63,442 nucleotides of DNA, filler included, from Dimorphilus gyrociliatus (GCA_904063045.1; 6 parts of 6 records of this genome joined end to end with filler, not necessarily neighbours in it); one strand, 5' to 3'; positions 48,291 through 60,215 are shown, counted from the whole stretch's first letter. Numbers and translations are program-made. Notes: generated from the sequence alone by a model not told the origin.

Positions 48291-48485
48291 TTATATATGC
48301 CCCATATTGGCTTCAATAATGTTGAAGTCTGGGCAGTTAGCTGGCCATGAATGCAATGTTTCAACTTTCTTTCTCTTTAGGTATTCCTTTGCTCTGGCTG
48401 CTGTATGACAGCTGGGCCCATCGTGTTGGAAAATTTTCCCTCTATAATAATTGAATGCAAATATAGGCAAAAAGTCCCCAGCCAC
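48291..48485 (-). mobile_element. Tc1/mariner DDE remnant
   Basis: IFQHDGPSCHTA...SWPANCPDFNIIE. Confidence 0.75.
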
Positions 48486-48788
48486 CTTGTAAAATTTTTT
48501 GTTTTGATATTAAGCTATGCTGAATAGCTACTTTGAATTGGTAATAATAATGATTAATATGTATAAACTAATGTCCTTTACGAAAAATGATCAAAAAATT
48601 GTTTTTCTTTTATAAAATCCTGTTTTAGTAAATACATCTCGAAAAAAGGGGTTAGTTAAAAATGAGTCACCATCTATTTAATCAAAAAAAGGGGGTTAAG
48701 CTGCATAAATCAAATAGGAAAGTATTTTATTATAATTATATCTTTGGTTTTTCAAAAAAATAATGGTCATTGATAAAAAATTTGTTAT

Positions 48789-50042
48789 TTGGTTGTTGAA
48801 AAATGCCAAGAAGGGCTATCATTGAACAAAATTACCAAAATGTTTACAATTTCTAGCTTCAGTGCCCAATATATCTGGAAAATGTTTCAATTGCATCATA
48901 CAATTGAAGATTTGAAAGTTGGCCTATCATTAATTTTTAAACAACTACTCATTTCATCAAATTCATTACAAAAGATCAATTTATGTTATTGTGATTTAGG
49001 CAAGAACAACTGTGAAACTCTATCAAATCTGCTTTCAAACTGTTCAAAAATTGAAAAAGTTAATTTAAGTTGGAATCCAAATGTTGAACACTTTTTACCT
49101 AAAATTTGCCAAGCACTTTTAATATCGTCAATTGGACTCAAAGCTATAAACTTTTGCAATTGTAATTTGGATGGGAATAGTATTAAGAATGTTGCAGATT
49201 TATTAAAGAAATGTTGTTCTTTACAAAAAGTTGACTTTTCATTGAATAAAGATTTAAAAGACAGCTTGCCTACTATTTTGGATGGACTCTACAATTGTTG
49301 TAATACTCTAGCAGAAATTTATTTAAAAAGTTGTCTTTTAAATGGAAGTATGGCCAGAGAAATTGGTAATTTTTTAAATAACTGCCATAAAATTGAAAAG
49401 ATCAATTTATCATTTAATGACAATATGGAAAATGGATTTTTTTATATATGTAAACATCTACACAACTCTTCAAATACTCTAAAAGAAAATACAACAATAT
49501 CAGAACAAATATTAAGGAATATTGCTGACACATTAAAATCAGTGAAACAGCTGATAAAGATTGATTTCAAAGGCTGCAATTTAGAAGAGGAACAATGTAG
49601 AAAGATTGGAAAGCTTTTCTAAAGTTGCTCTAAAATAGACACAATCAACTTGGCATGGAATGTTCAGATGGGAGAAGGATTATTTAACATTTGTAAAGGA
49701 CTCATCCAATCGTCAAGCTGTTTAAAAGAGATAAATTTCGGCTGTTGTAATTTAAACAATGGGCAATGTAGACATATTGGAAACCTTTTTAAAGAATGCG
49801 CCAAGCTAGAGACAATCTACCTGACAGGAAATCATACAACAGGCAATGGACTATTCTATATTTGTGCACAACTTCTTCATTTGTCAAATACTTTAAAATG
49901 CCTCAACTTTACAGAATGTAATTTGAGCGAAGACCAGTCTAAAATAATAATTAACTTGTTTAAACACTGTTCAAAACTTAAAAGAATTTCTCTGGAACGG
50001 ATATGGCATTGCGGAAGTGATCTTTTTGAACTAAGCAAATAG
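48789..50042 (+). pseudogene. RNI-like LRR gene remnant, fused in frame at its 5' end to a Tc1-like HTH fragment
   Basis: QEGLSLNKITKMFTISSFSAQYIWKMF...TIEDL, then LRR units of the contig 1 family (NDNMENGFFYICKHLHNSSNTLK); frameshift near 49620. Confidence 0.7.
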
Positions 50043-50115
50043 GTTGTTTAATTACACTGCTCTTAAATATTTTAATTATTCTTCTAATATTCCTGGTGAT
50101 TGTTTAAAATAGTTT

Positions 50116-50340
50116 AGAACTAGAAACTCATTTACTCAATAGATATTCTTTAAACAAAATACTGGCATTTTGTTGATTAATTTCTACTGAAATTACATTT
50201 CTTAAGACTACTTGTGGACGAATTTGAAAGGTTCTATTTGTGTGAGTACTTTGGTGCATTGATAAATGATTGGAAAGGACGAATACTGTTCTGAAGAAGG
50301 AGAAATTCCTACAATTACAATACAACAAAGTACAATTTTG
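50116..50340 (+). mobile_element. Phantom linker repeat (R), plus orientation; partial copy 43522-43655
   Basis: aactagaaactcatttactcaata...cttgtggacgaatttgaaaggttct...acaattacaatacaacaaa is the reverse complement of 9860-10080. Confidence 0.8.
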
Positions 50341-51441
50341 TTCAATAATTTATGAAATTGATATCAATCATCCAAGGAGTTACATTATAGAGGGGAGTAG
50401 GAATCTTGTCAAAATTTTCTTTTTAGCATCTTTTGATAAATATTGAATTCATAATATTCAAAAAACACTATTTGAAAACAGACCTAATCCTCAGTCTAGG
50501 CCTAGCATACTCTAAAAGTAATCAAAGTGCTAATTTTCCAAAATCACTAGAAATATTGTTCCTACCCCTGCAACGAGTCACATGTGATAAGGAGAAGTGG
50601 AAAATGAAGAAAACTGAAAGTGAGAAAATGTTTTAAAAAGATATTTTGTGTGCAGTTTTTATTGAATCTAAACAATTTATGCTGTATATATAAGAGAGAG
50701 GTTGAAATGTGAACAGAGAGTGACAAGCATCTCTCACAAAATAATAAAAACAAACAGAAAAATACTTTTACAATAGATTTAAGTGTTTTAAAAAGTAAGA
50801 AAACTACTTTTTTATACTAACTGCCAAGCTACAACTTTTTCAACAGCTATACATGATTGTTACAATTGTGCTATTGCAATACCATTAGACTGTAAAATAG
50901 AAATGGATATCTAAAGTCCAAGTATTGATAATTCACTATATCTAAGTGCACAAAAATTCTAAAAATATGTTTGTTAAAAGGCTGCGTTGGTCTTTAAAAT
51001 GGTGGAAAATGCCAAATTATTAAAAATTCCATTGTTTAGTGGTAATAATTGAATAATGAATTACAGAGCAATCGAACAATTTCTGTCATTATTGAAAAGT
51101 TTTTATACACATTTAAATTGCCTCATGAATTAAATTATTAATTCAAAATGTAAATTAATCAATGAAAACATATCAAAAATCCTTTAGAATATTGGTTCAG
51201 TTATAAACATCACTGGTTGTACTTTGTTGTTTTGAAATTGGAGGAATTTCTGGTTTCTTACAACTGTAAGCATTCTTTCCAATCATTTGCCAATTTGCCA
51301 AAGTACTCACACAAATAGAACCTTTAGAATTCGTCCACAAATAGTCTTAGCAAATGTAATTTTGGTAGAAATTAATCAGCAAAACACAAGTATTTCATTT
51401 AAAGAATATGTATTGAGTAAAATGAGCAATTACCTACAGTA

Positions 51442-52646
51442 TTACATACATAAAATTTCTTTATATAATGTTTCTACAGCTTTGATTGAATGTTCTAATG
51501 AGAAACCCTTTACTGCATATTCAGCACAGTAGGCACGTCTAGCTGCTTTATCGCTGTGTTTAAGTTCTTCCATAATGGCATCAGCCAGTTCTAAATCATC
51601 TTCTACTTGAACCAGACGACCTACTTTGCTATCAATAAAATCTGGTAAACCACCTTGGTTAGTACCCACTACAGGTGTGCCACAAGCAAGGGCTTCAATT
51701 GCTACTAGACCAAATGGTTCTGTACGAGAAGGCACAACACTTACATCTGCAATATTGTACATTTTAACTAATGTCTCTTGATTAACGTGACCTAAGAAGT
51801 ATACATGTTCAAGGTCTAAATCTTCTTTCATACGCTTTAACACACCATAGAGTTCACCATTACCTGCAATAATTGTCATTACTTTACCACAGGTTGATTT
51901 TTCGTAACGTTTTGCTGCTTTTAGCAATACATCCACACCTTTAAAGTGTGTTAATTTTCCTGCAAAAGCTACGATACAATCTGTTTTGACTGTAACATCA
52001 AATTCATTTAAAACAGTTTCTTTACTTAAGTCCAGAGGATGGAATAAGGATTCATCATAACCATTTAATAAAATCATACGTTTATTGCTCGGCACTTTAT
52101 ACAGTTGTGCTGTTTCAGCATCTACTTGTTTAGAGATGGTAATAATCATCTTAGCATTAGCCACCCCTTCTATAGCAAAACTATGGTATCTGTCATCTTT
52201 TACAAAGCCTTTTAAATCCGTACCATGGGCAGTAATAACATATGGCACACCTGTTAACATAGCAGCATAAGGTGTAATCCATAAATGCTGTGCATGGATA
52301 ATATCTGGTTTAAAAGTATCTACTTCCTCTTGAACCACTTCTATATATTTATCCATGTAAGTCTTCATTTGATCATCTGATAATTCATAATAAGTTGTAT
52401 TACTTCTTGGATGGGTTGTAAAACATGGAAAATTGAAATCCACTTCAGGCTTTACTGTATTTGGTCCCTTAAACTTAATGACTCTTGATTCAAATCCTTT
52501 ATATGTCTTGTCTTCGTGTTCTGGATAAATGATTTTAACCTTATGGCCAAAACTTACTAAAGCCTTTGCCAAATTTTTGGTGTACACGCCACTACCAGTC
52601 CCTCCAATGGAAAATGATTAACTAACAAAATCTTCACACTCATCAT
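51442..52646 (-). pseudogene. Second copy of the GT4 gene with a 1-bp deletion in a C4 run at ~52600 (possibly a consensus error)
   Basis: The translated part matches copy 1; agtcccctcc (45911) versus agtccctcc (52597). Confidence 0.85.
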
Positions 52647-53671
52647 CCCTTACTTGTAATTTATGAGAAATTTCTTGCTATAACAATAGAAACTTGTTAT
52701 AAAGTAGTCAGCATAAATTTTGGTACAAAGAAAATTTTGATAGTCCAAATATTACAAGTCTTTTTCTTTGCACACATACATTTGTCAACTATAATCTCAC
52801 AATAGAGAAGTAGTATTGAGCCAGGATTGTACTATTCAAAAGAGTTTTGTGGCATTGTGTGGTAATTATATAAGATTGTTAAAGATTTTTCAAAAATCAT
52901 TAAACTAGGATAAAAGTTGTTCCCCTGCTAGCTGACTGTTGCTGAACATTTGTTTCTTTTGCTCCTAACACTGCATAGCCAGAATGTTGTCTTTTTTCTT
53001 TTTTCTTTTAAAGAAAAAATATGTGCTACAATATGGAAAAATCTTTTACTGGAGGAGAAACCTGTGTATATCTGTATGATCAGAATCAGAATCAAGTTTT
53101 TTTTCTTTCAAATTATTATCATAACTCCATATATCATATATTTTCTTCAGGGTCAGGTGCAAACGTACCTGGGTGCGAATGTACCCAAGGCAGGTGTGAA
53201 CATACCCAGGTACATTCCCACCCTCTTTCCTCTTTCTTTTATTTATTGATTTTTCATCAAATGGTTTTGTTAATAATAGATATATATGTATATACTCAGA
53301 CTGTAAAAAGTAATATTTTATCAATGTGAAGTATTATTTAAAAATATTAAATATTGTTGAAAAGTGAAATGGCAGGAAGTTCAATAGTGAAGGTGGTTGA
53401 AATAAACTTTCACTTTGGACAGCATATACTTTCAAAGGTAAGCTGTATGTCCTGAATAAATTTGGACAAAGTGCTTCTTTGTAGATTTTGAACAGGTAAA
53501 TATTTAAAGCTTTTTAACTAGATTTTTGATGCAAAATATTACAATTTAATATATTTTCTTTAATAACAAATTATTTCAATATTTGCTATAAACAAAATTT
53601 CAGCCATTTTGAATATTTGGAAAGGACAGTGATTTTTTAATAATCAAGTGAATTTGTTCTGTTGAAACAAC

Positions 53672-54596
53672 ATGGTTTCAAAGTGGCAACAATTGTGATT
53701 CAAAATTTATGGAAGGCAAAAATATTTGAAATGCTGCCTTTGTGAGAATCTTATCCATAGAAAATGTTCAGGTACATCAGTTTTCAAATATGATTTAGGC
53801 AACTATCTTTTCTTAACACATTGACACAGAAACACCTAGCATACCTGTTTGCACAAGATGTAACAAAAGAAAATGTACTGTTAGCCTTAAGAAGTTAACA
53901 AATCTGGAAATTGATCAATACAAAGAAAGTAATAAGGACTTCAATGATAACAGAAGTGATCCTGCTGAGGTTAAAGATTCAACATTTGATTATGAAAGTC
54001 CTCGGCAATCAGAAAACCAATCAATGGATGTAGAAGGAACTGATGAAAATACAGAAGATGAAAATGACTCAATCAGGAGAATGATTTTGAGATTGTACAA
54101 GGAGGAAGCAGAAAAGGACATGACATTTTATTGAATGATGGATATTCTTTTGTTGTTAAACATAAAACACTTACAACAACAATTTGGGTATGCAGTGTGA
54201 GAAGTAAGAAAAAAAGATGTGTAGCTAGAATAAGACAAAATGGAAGTATATTTATTAAAGGCAATCTGGAACATAATCACAACAGAAAACCTAATTTGGA
54301 AGTAGATGTTAAAGTAAAAACTGATGAAAAACTATTTGCAAAATGATAACAAAGCATCTGGAAGAAGCATTGCTGAAAAATTTCTATTATCATATGAACC
54401 TAATGCTAAATGTCTTCCTGATATCAATTACTTAAAAAGGAGCAAACTCAAACAGACAAAAATTCAGGCCAGTTGAACCAAAAGTGTATAATTTCAACTT
54501 GAACACAACTTTTTTACCTGATGAATTTCTCCAGAAAGACATTTGTGAAAATGGAGAAAGAATCTTAATTTTTGCAACAAACCATCAGCTGAACTT
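53672..54596 (+). mobile_element. Second copy of the PHD-FLYWCH-MULE gene, with several small indels, cut by the contig end
   Basis: Aligns to 46988-47910. Confidence 0.85.
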
Positions 54597-54696
54597 NNNN
54601 NNNNNNNNNNNNNNNNNNNNNNNNNNNNNNNNNNNNNNNNTTAATTAATTAANNNNNNNNNNNNNNNNNNNNNNNNNNNNNNNNNNNNNNNNNNNN
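54597..54696. other. Artificial contig spacer 4
   Basis: 44N-TTAATTAATTAA-44N. Confidence 0.97.
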
Positions 54697-55666
54697 AAAT
54701 CAGATAATCCCATTTTAGAAGCCGAGTTAAACAAACAAGAGCTTAGCATGTTGCAGTAGTATGCTGCATCCATTTTTACATCGATGAATTTGATTTCTCC
54801 AACACCATGATACGAAAAACACCCCCATACCATTACAGATCCTCCTCCGAATTTTAAGGTACCTCGAACATTTTTAGAATTAATCGGTTCTCCTCTAGTT
54901 TTCCATATCTTTACATTTCCATCTGAATTTAATAAATTAAATTTACATTCATCGCTAAAAATCATTGTTTTAACTCTACTTTCAGGCATTTTTATCCACC
55001 TCTTACTAGCTTCAAAACGGTTTACTATGTGCCTTGGTTAAGAAGTGGTTTTTTTATCGGTGAAGCCGATATAAAGTCTAACTTATTTAGGTAATTTTTG
55101 ACTGTCATATGTGAGCAGTCTATACCTTGTTTTTCTTTCAACTTTTCTACTAACTTTCTGCAAGATATAGTGTTATCATTTTTTACTTCCTTATATAGAA
55201 GTTCTATATTTTGACCTGTAAGTTTTTGAGGTCTTCCATTTCCTCCCATATGCCCTATTGTTTTATATTCTTCTGCCTTTTTTATGATTTTCTCTACAGA
55301 TGAATAAGGAATCCCTAAAATTGTAGAAATTTTCCTAAGAGAAATCCCTGAATTTTTCATCCCTATTATTTCTCCTTTCTTCTCATTAGAGTAGTGTACC
55401 CCCATGTTGGGTATAGTTGCTATTTTATTTTTATACCAAAGTGGAGGGAAAGTAGATTTCAATAAGTGACCACTTTTTTTTTTACAGTCTTAAAGACATT
55501 TTTTATTAAAACAATTAAAAAATAGATAATCAGGAAAATTTAAAATATAGAAAAGCTTTAGTGATTAATTATGAAATATTTGTTATATACTTATTCAGAA
55601 TAAAACAACCTAATTGTTTATTAATCGACAAAAATATGGGTGACCACTTTTTTTTTTTACACACTG
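54697..55666 (-). mobile_element. Tc1-family transposon, left end plus transposase (ATG 55405, one frameshift ~55035), cut by the gap
   Basis: TA|CAGTGTGTAAAAAAAAAAAAGTGGTCACCC terminus; HTH G.SLRKIS..LGIP; KKPLL; IFSDECKF; GGGSVMVWGCFS. Confidence 0.88.
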
Positions 55667-55841
55667 TATATATTATATTTATATTTTATATGATATTTTA
55701 AATTTTTTTACCTAACCTAAAAAAATAAATATAAAAATTAAAAAATTAAAAAATTAAAAAATTAAAAAAATATTTTAAAAAATAAATAAAAATTAAAAAA
55801 TAAAATCATATATTATAAAAATTATATAAAAAAATTTATTT

Positions 55842-56570
55842 CTATCTAATAATTAATATTGGTATAAAAACAATTAGAATAATTAAAATACTAACAAAAA
55901 GAAATGAAAAATAAAAAAATCTTTTTAAAAATCCAATTCCTTTAGCAGCTGTTAAAGCACATCCTAATTCTACTAAAGCTTTATCTGTCATTACTTCAGA
56001 ATAATCAATACTAGTACAAATACGATCTACTTTTTCACCTGATGAATATACCATTTCATCCATAGTATCTATTAATTCTGTAATACAATTTATATCTTTT
56101 ATAATTTTATTAATTTCATTATTTCTTCTCTTTGATTTTCTTATAAACCTACTATTATTATTAAATAGTTTTAATGTATTATATTCTCTATTACTTGTAT
56201 TATTTAATTCTTTAAATATATTTAATTGTTCATTTAGTATTTCTTTTTGTTTATCTGTAAAATTTAATTTTTGTATTTTTATTTCATTTATATCTTTTTT
56301 TATTTCATTTAATAAAACATTCAAATGTTGTTGTTTTAAATAATTTTTATTTTTTAATTCATTTTTTATTTCTTTTATTAAATTTTTACTTTTATTTTTA
56401 AACATTTGAGATAAAATATTCATTTTTGTTTTTAATCTTTTTTCTTTTCTTGTTGATTGTAAACTTGTTAATCTTATTTTACAAAATTTGGTATATTTTT
56501 TTATATATTGTTTTAAAGTGTTGTGTTCAATTCTTAAATGTTTTAATTTTTTTAAAAAAGTTTCATTCAT
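55842..56570 (-). CDS. Syntaxin-like (Qa-type) t-SNARE with C-terminal TM anchor
   Basis: RNNEINKIIKDINCITELIDTMDEMVYSSGEKVDRI aligns without gaps to the syntaxin H3 pattern; hydrophobic C-terminal tail. Confidence 0.7.
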   Translation of the reverse strand: MNETFLKKLKHLRIEHNTLKQYIKKYTKFCKIRLTSLQSTRKEKRLKTKMNILSQMFKNKSKNLIKEIKNELKNKNYLKQQHLNVLLNEIKKDINEIKIQKLNFTDKQKEILNEQLNIFKELNNTSNREYNTLKLFNNNSRFIRKSKRRNNEINKIIKDINCITELIDTMDEMVYSSGEKVDRICTSIDYSEVMTDKALVELGCALTAAKGIGFLKRFFYFSFLFVSILIILIVFIPILIIR

Positions 56571-56574
56571 TTTT

Positions 56575-56981
56575 ATAATTAATTTATATTTGTAATTTAT
56601 TGTTTTATATATATTCTTTATGTTTTGTAATTAATTAGAATTTGTAATTTATTGTTTTATAATAAATCAATAGTATTTAATATTTTATATATATTCTTCT
56701 TTATTGTTTTATATTGTTTTATAATTAATCAATAGTATTTAATATTTGTATTTAATATTTGTATGTATATTGTTTTATAATTAATCAGTAGTATTTAATA
56801 TTTTATATATATTCTTCTTTATTGTTTTATATTGTTTTATATTGTTTTATAATTAATCAGTAGTATTTAATATTTTTATATTGTTTTATAATAAATCAAT
56901 AGTATTTAATATTTTATATATATTCTTCTTTATTGTTTTATATTGTTTTATAATAAAACAATAGTATTTAATATTTTATAT
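56575..56981. repeat. AT-rich minisatellite, left of the retrotransposon
   Basis: Recurrent tattgttttataat[a/t]aatca[a/g]tagtatttaatattttatat units. Confidence 0.85.
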
Positions 56982-58051
56982 TGGAAATGTTGAGAAAATT
57001 AGAAGATAATAAAGAAAATTGCATCAGAAGAGCAGCAATCTTAGAAACTTTACAGAATGAATTAGAAACAATATCATATTATGACACATACCTCCAAGAA
57101 AAATATAAAACCAACATGAAAATCACAAAAGAAATATTAATAAGAGTTCAAAAAGACTCATTATACAGCAACATAGAAACCAAAACAAGACACCAAAAGC
57201 TGTATGATGCAAGGAAAAATGAACAAGTCGATATAGAAGGATCATCTATATGGCTAAAAAACGGAAACAATAGACCACAGGACGAAGCAAGATTATGTTA
57301 TATACAAGATAGAAATCTATTTGGAAAGAAAGTAGGAAAGTGCCCACATTGCAAAGAAAAATTCAAAACAGTGGACCATTTAGCAACACAATGCGAAAGA
57401 ATGTTATACCATGACTATATGAGAAGACACAATGAAATAGTAAGATGCATACATCTACTACTATGTAACAAATACGGAATCATTAAGAACAAAAGAATCA
57501 GATCCCACTCAGTACAAGAAACAGTATCTAACCAAGAAGTAACAATCAATGTTGACACCAGAGCATACACAAATATAAAGATACAAGCAAACAAACCAGA
57601 CATCATAGTCTTTGACAAAAGAAATAAACAAATCACAATTATTGAAGTAGGAATCACGAGCCAAAACCAGTTAAAAACTGTAGAAGTAGAGAAAAGAAGA
57701 AAGTATGAAATATTAGCAAACCACTTAGGGCAGATCCATAAGATGAAAGCAAGAATCATACCTTGGGTCATGACTTGGACGGAATAGTAACTAAATATCA
57801 TAAATACTATCTAAAGGAAATAGGAATAAACAAAACCATTGAAGCTTACATGCAATCCTTAACAATTAAGAAGACCCTAGAGAGCATCCCGATGGAATAC
57901 AAATCAGGGGAAGAAGACATTTTTAAAGCAGAGCAAATAAGTCTAGATATTACGAAAGAAGAAGAAAGCAGAGAGAAGAAGGAGAAAGAAAGTGTCAAAG
58001 TGTCTTAAAGGAAGATAACCAGATAAGAACTAACCCATAATTAAAAACTTT
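56982..58051 (+). mobile_element. 5'-truncated non-LTR retrotransposon with CCHC finger and restriction-like endonuclease (R2/R4/NeSL type); one frameshift ~57778
   Basis: CPHCKEKFKTVDHLATQC, RRHNEIV, KPDIIVFD...IIEVGITS...KRRKY; much higher GC than the flanks. Confidence 0.85.
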
Positions 58052-58430
58052 TATTTAATATTTTATATATTGTTTTATAATAAATCAATAGTATTTAATA
58101 TTTGTATTTAATATTTGTATTTAATATTTGTATGTATATTGTTTTATAATTAATCAGTAGTATTTAATATTTTATATATATTCTTCTTTATTGTTTTATA
58201 TTGTTTTATATTGTTTTATATTGTTTTATAATTAATCAGTAGTATTTTATATATTCTATATTGTTTTATAATAAATCAATAGTATTTAATATTTTATATT
58301 TATACATTCTTTATTGTTTTATATTGTTTTATAATTAATCAATACTATTTAGTATTTTATATATATTCTTCTTTATTGTTTTATATTGTTTTATAATAAA
58401 TCAATAGTATTTAATATTCTTTATGTTTTA
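58052..58430. repeat. Continuation of the same minisatellite, right of the retrotransposon
   Basis: Same units as 56575-56981. Confidence 0.85.
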
Positions 58431-58820
58431 TATAAAAAAATCTAATATAAAAGAAATTATCATAAATATTACAAATGGTATATAATTTTCTATTAACCAC
58501 ATTCCTCTAATAAATTCTGGTCCATATCCTCTACTTTGTCTATTATATAATTGTTTTAAATCTTGTTTAATATAAAAATATATATTTACTATTAAATGTA
58601 AAATTAATATAATTGAATGAGTTATTATTTTTCTTAATTCTAATTTTTTATTTTTATATTTAATAATTAATACATAATTAGGTATTGGTATTAAAAATAT
58701 ACCTACTAATAAATAAATTAATACAGATTTAATATATTTAGCTTTAGTATAATTTAATACTGTTGTTATAAGATTTAATAATAAAATAAATGTTAAACTA
58801 AAAGTTGTATTACTTATCAT
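58428..58820 (-). CDS. Small hypothetical membrane protein (~4 TM)
   Basis: 130-codon ORF in extremely AT-rich DNA; hydrophobic segments; acctaATG start. Confidence 0.45.
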   Translation of the reverse strand: MISNTTFSLTFILLLNLITTVLNYTKAKYIKSVLIYLLVGIFLIPIPNYVLIIKYKNKKLELRKIITHSIILILHLIVNIYFYIKQDLKQLYNRQSRGYGPEFIRGMWLIENYIPFVIFMIISFILDFFI

Positions 58821-58849
58821 TAGGTTGATAAATCTATTTTTTATATAAT

Positions 58850-59475
58850 TTTATAAATATTCTAAATCATTATTTTTTTATTTTATGTTTTTTTAAATGA
58901 TGTTTTTTATTTAATTCTATATTTTATTTTCTTTTAATTATTCTTAATCATTATTTTTTTATTTAATTATTCTATATAAATATTCTATAAATCACTTTTT
59001 AAATATTTGTATTATTTTTCTATAAATCACTATTTTTAAATTATTCTAAATCATTATTTTTTTATTTTATGTTTTTTTAAATGATATTTGTATTATTTTT
59101 CTATAAATCACTATTTTTAAATTATTCTATATAAATATTCTAAATCATTTTTAAATTATCTATAAATCACTATTAAATTATATTTAATTATTCTATATAA
59201 ATATTCTATAAATCACTTTTTAAATATTTGTATTATTTTATTTTTTAAATTATTCTATATAAATATTCTATAAATCACTATTTTTAAATTATTCTAAATC
59301 ATTATTTTTTTATTTTTTAAATCATTATTATTATTATTTTATTATTCTATATAAATATTCTAAATCATTTTTAAATTATCTATAAATCACTATTAAATCA
59401 TTATTTAATTCTATAAATCACTATTAAATCATTTTTAAATTATCTATAAATCACTATTAAATCATTATTTAATTC
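58850..59475. repeat. Second AT-rich minisatellite family
   Basis: Recurrent ttctataaatcactatt / attattctatataaatattcta units. Confidence 0.8.
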
Positions 59476-60215
59476 TATAAATATTCTATAGTATTTGCTA
59501 TTCCATATTCAATTTCACTAAAAACATCAAATTTTATAAAATCTTGTCCTTCTATTATAGATTTAATATAAAATCTAATCATAGGATCGTAATGTTTAAT
59601 TAATAAAATTATTTTACTTTTATATTCTCTACTAAAATTGTATGTATTAAATAATAAATATAATATTGATTTTCTATCTAATTCATAAATATTCTCTAGT
59701 AAAATATTAAATATATTATTTTTAAAATCTAAAAATTCATTATTTTTTTCATCTCTTAAATTATAAAATACATTAATTAAAGATATAGAATCTTTAATAT
59801 AATTTAATATTTTTCTATCAGAATTTAAAATTAGTATTTTTGTAGTTAATTCTTTAAGTTCTTTATTTTTTAATAATCTTCTTATTTTATGTACTTTTAT
59901 TTTTATTTTGAATTTTAGAATAGCTTTTAGAATAACTAAATTTGTATTTTTATCACTGAATATATAATTTTTAATATGTTCTTCTATCATTTCTTTTAAT
60001 TTACTAAAATTACTATTTTCTATAAATTTTGTATTTTCTAATAAAAATCTAATAATTCTAGTTTTTGCTTCTGATTCTCCTCTAAAGAAAGTATCTTCTA
60101 TTGCACTAAAAATTAAATTATTATTATTTGTTTTATAAGAATCTATATTTAAACTTTTTAGTTTATTAGATATAAATTTATACGTATCTTTATTTCCTAT
60201 TTTATTAACAAACAT
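59475..60215 (-). CDS. Hypothetical helical protein, probably extending further 5' past a frameshift
   Basis: 246-codon ORF; the frame stays open ~28 codons upstream of 60215 (KLNLSLSKVLDLIYEFILHTELSSHFIF). Confidence 0.5.
   Translation of the reverse strand: MFVNKIGNKDTYKFISNKLKSLNIDSYKTNNNNLIFSAIEDTFFRGESEAKTRIIRFLLENTKFIENSNFSKLKEMIEEHIKNYIFSDKNTNLVILKAILKFKIKIKVHKIRRLLKNKELKELTTKILILNSDRKILNYIKDSISLINVFYNLRDEKNNEFLDFKNNIFNILLENIYELDRKSILYLLFNTYNFSREYKSKIILLIKHYDPMIRFYIKSIIEGQDFIKFDVFSEIEYGIANTIEYL

Larger units (their letters stand above)
43522..54596. repeat. Tandem segmental repeat, ~6,686-bp period (copy 1 43522-50206; partial copy 2 50207-54596)
   Basis: Near-identical sequence at offset 6685-6686 (ORFs 43747/50433, 44601/51287, GT stops 44756/51442). 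Differences are mostly small indels toward the contig ends. Confidence 0.95.

Noticed and set aside
43522-54596. Idea that contig 4 is a bacterial contig or operon
   Set aside because: Only one bacterial-type gene is present; the rest has a spliceosomal intron and repeats shared with animal contig 1.
54645-54989. ORF 54645-54989 as a complete protein
   Set aside because: It runs through N bases into the linker; it is just the Tc1 DDE region.
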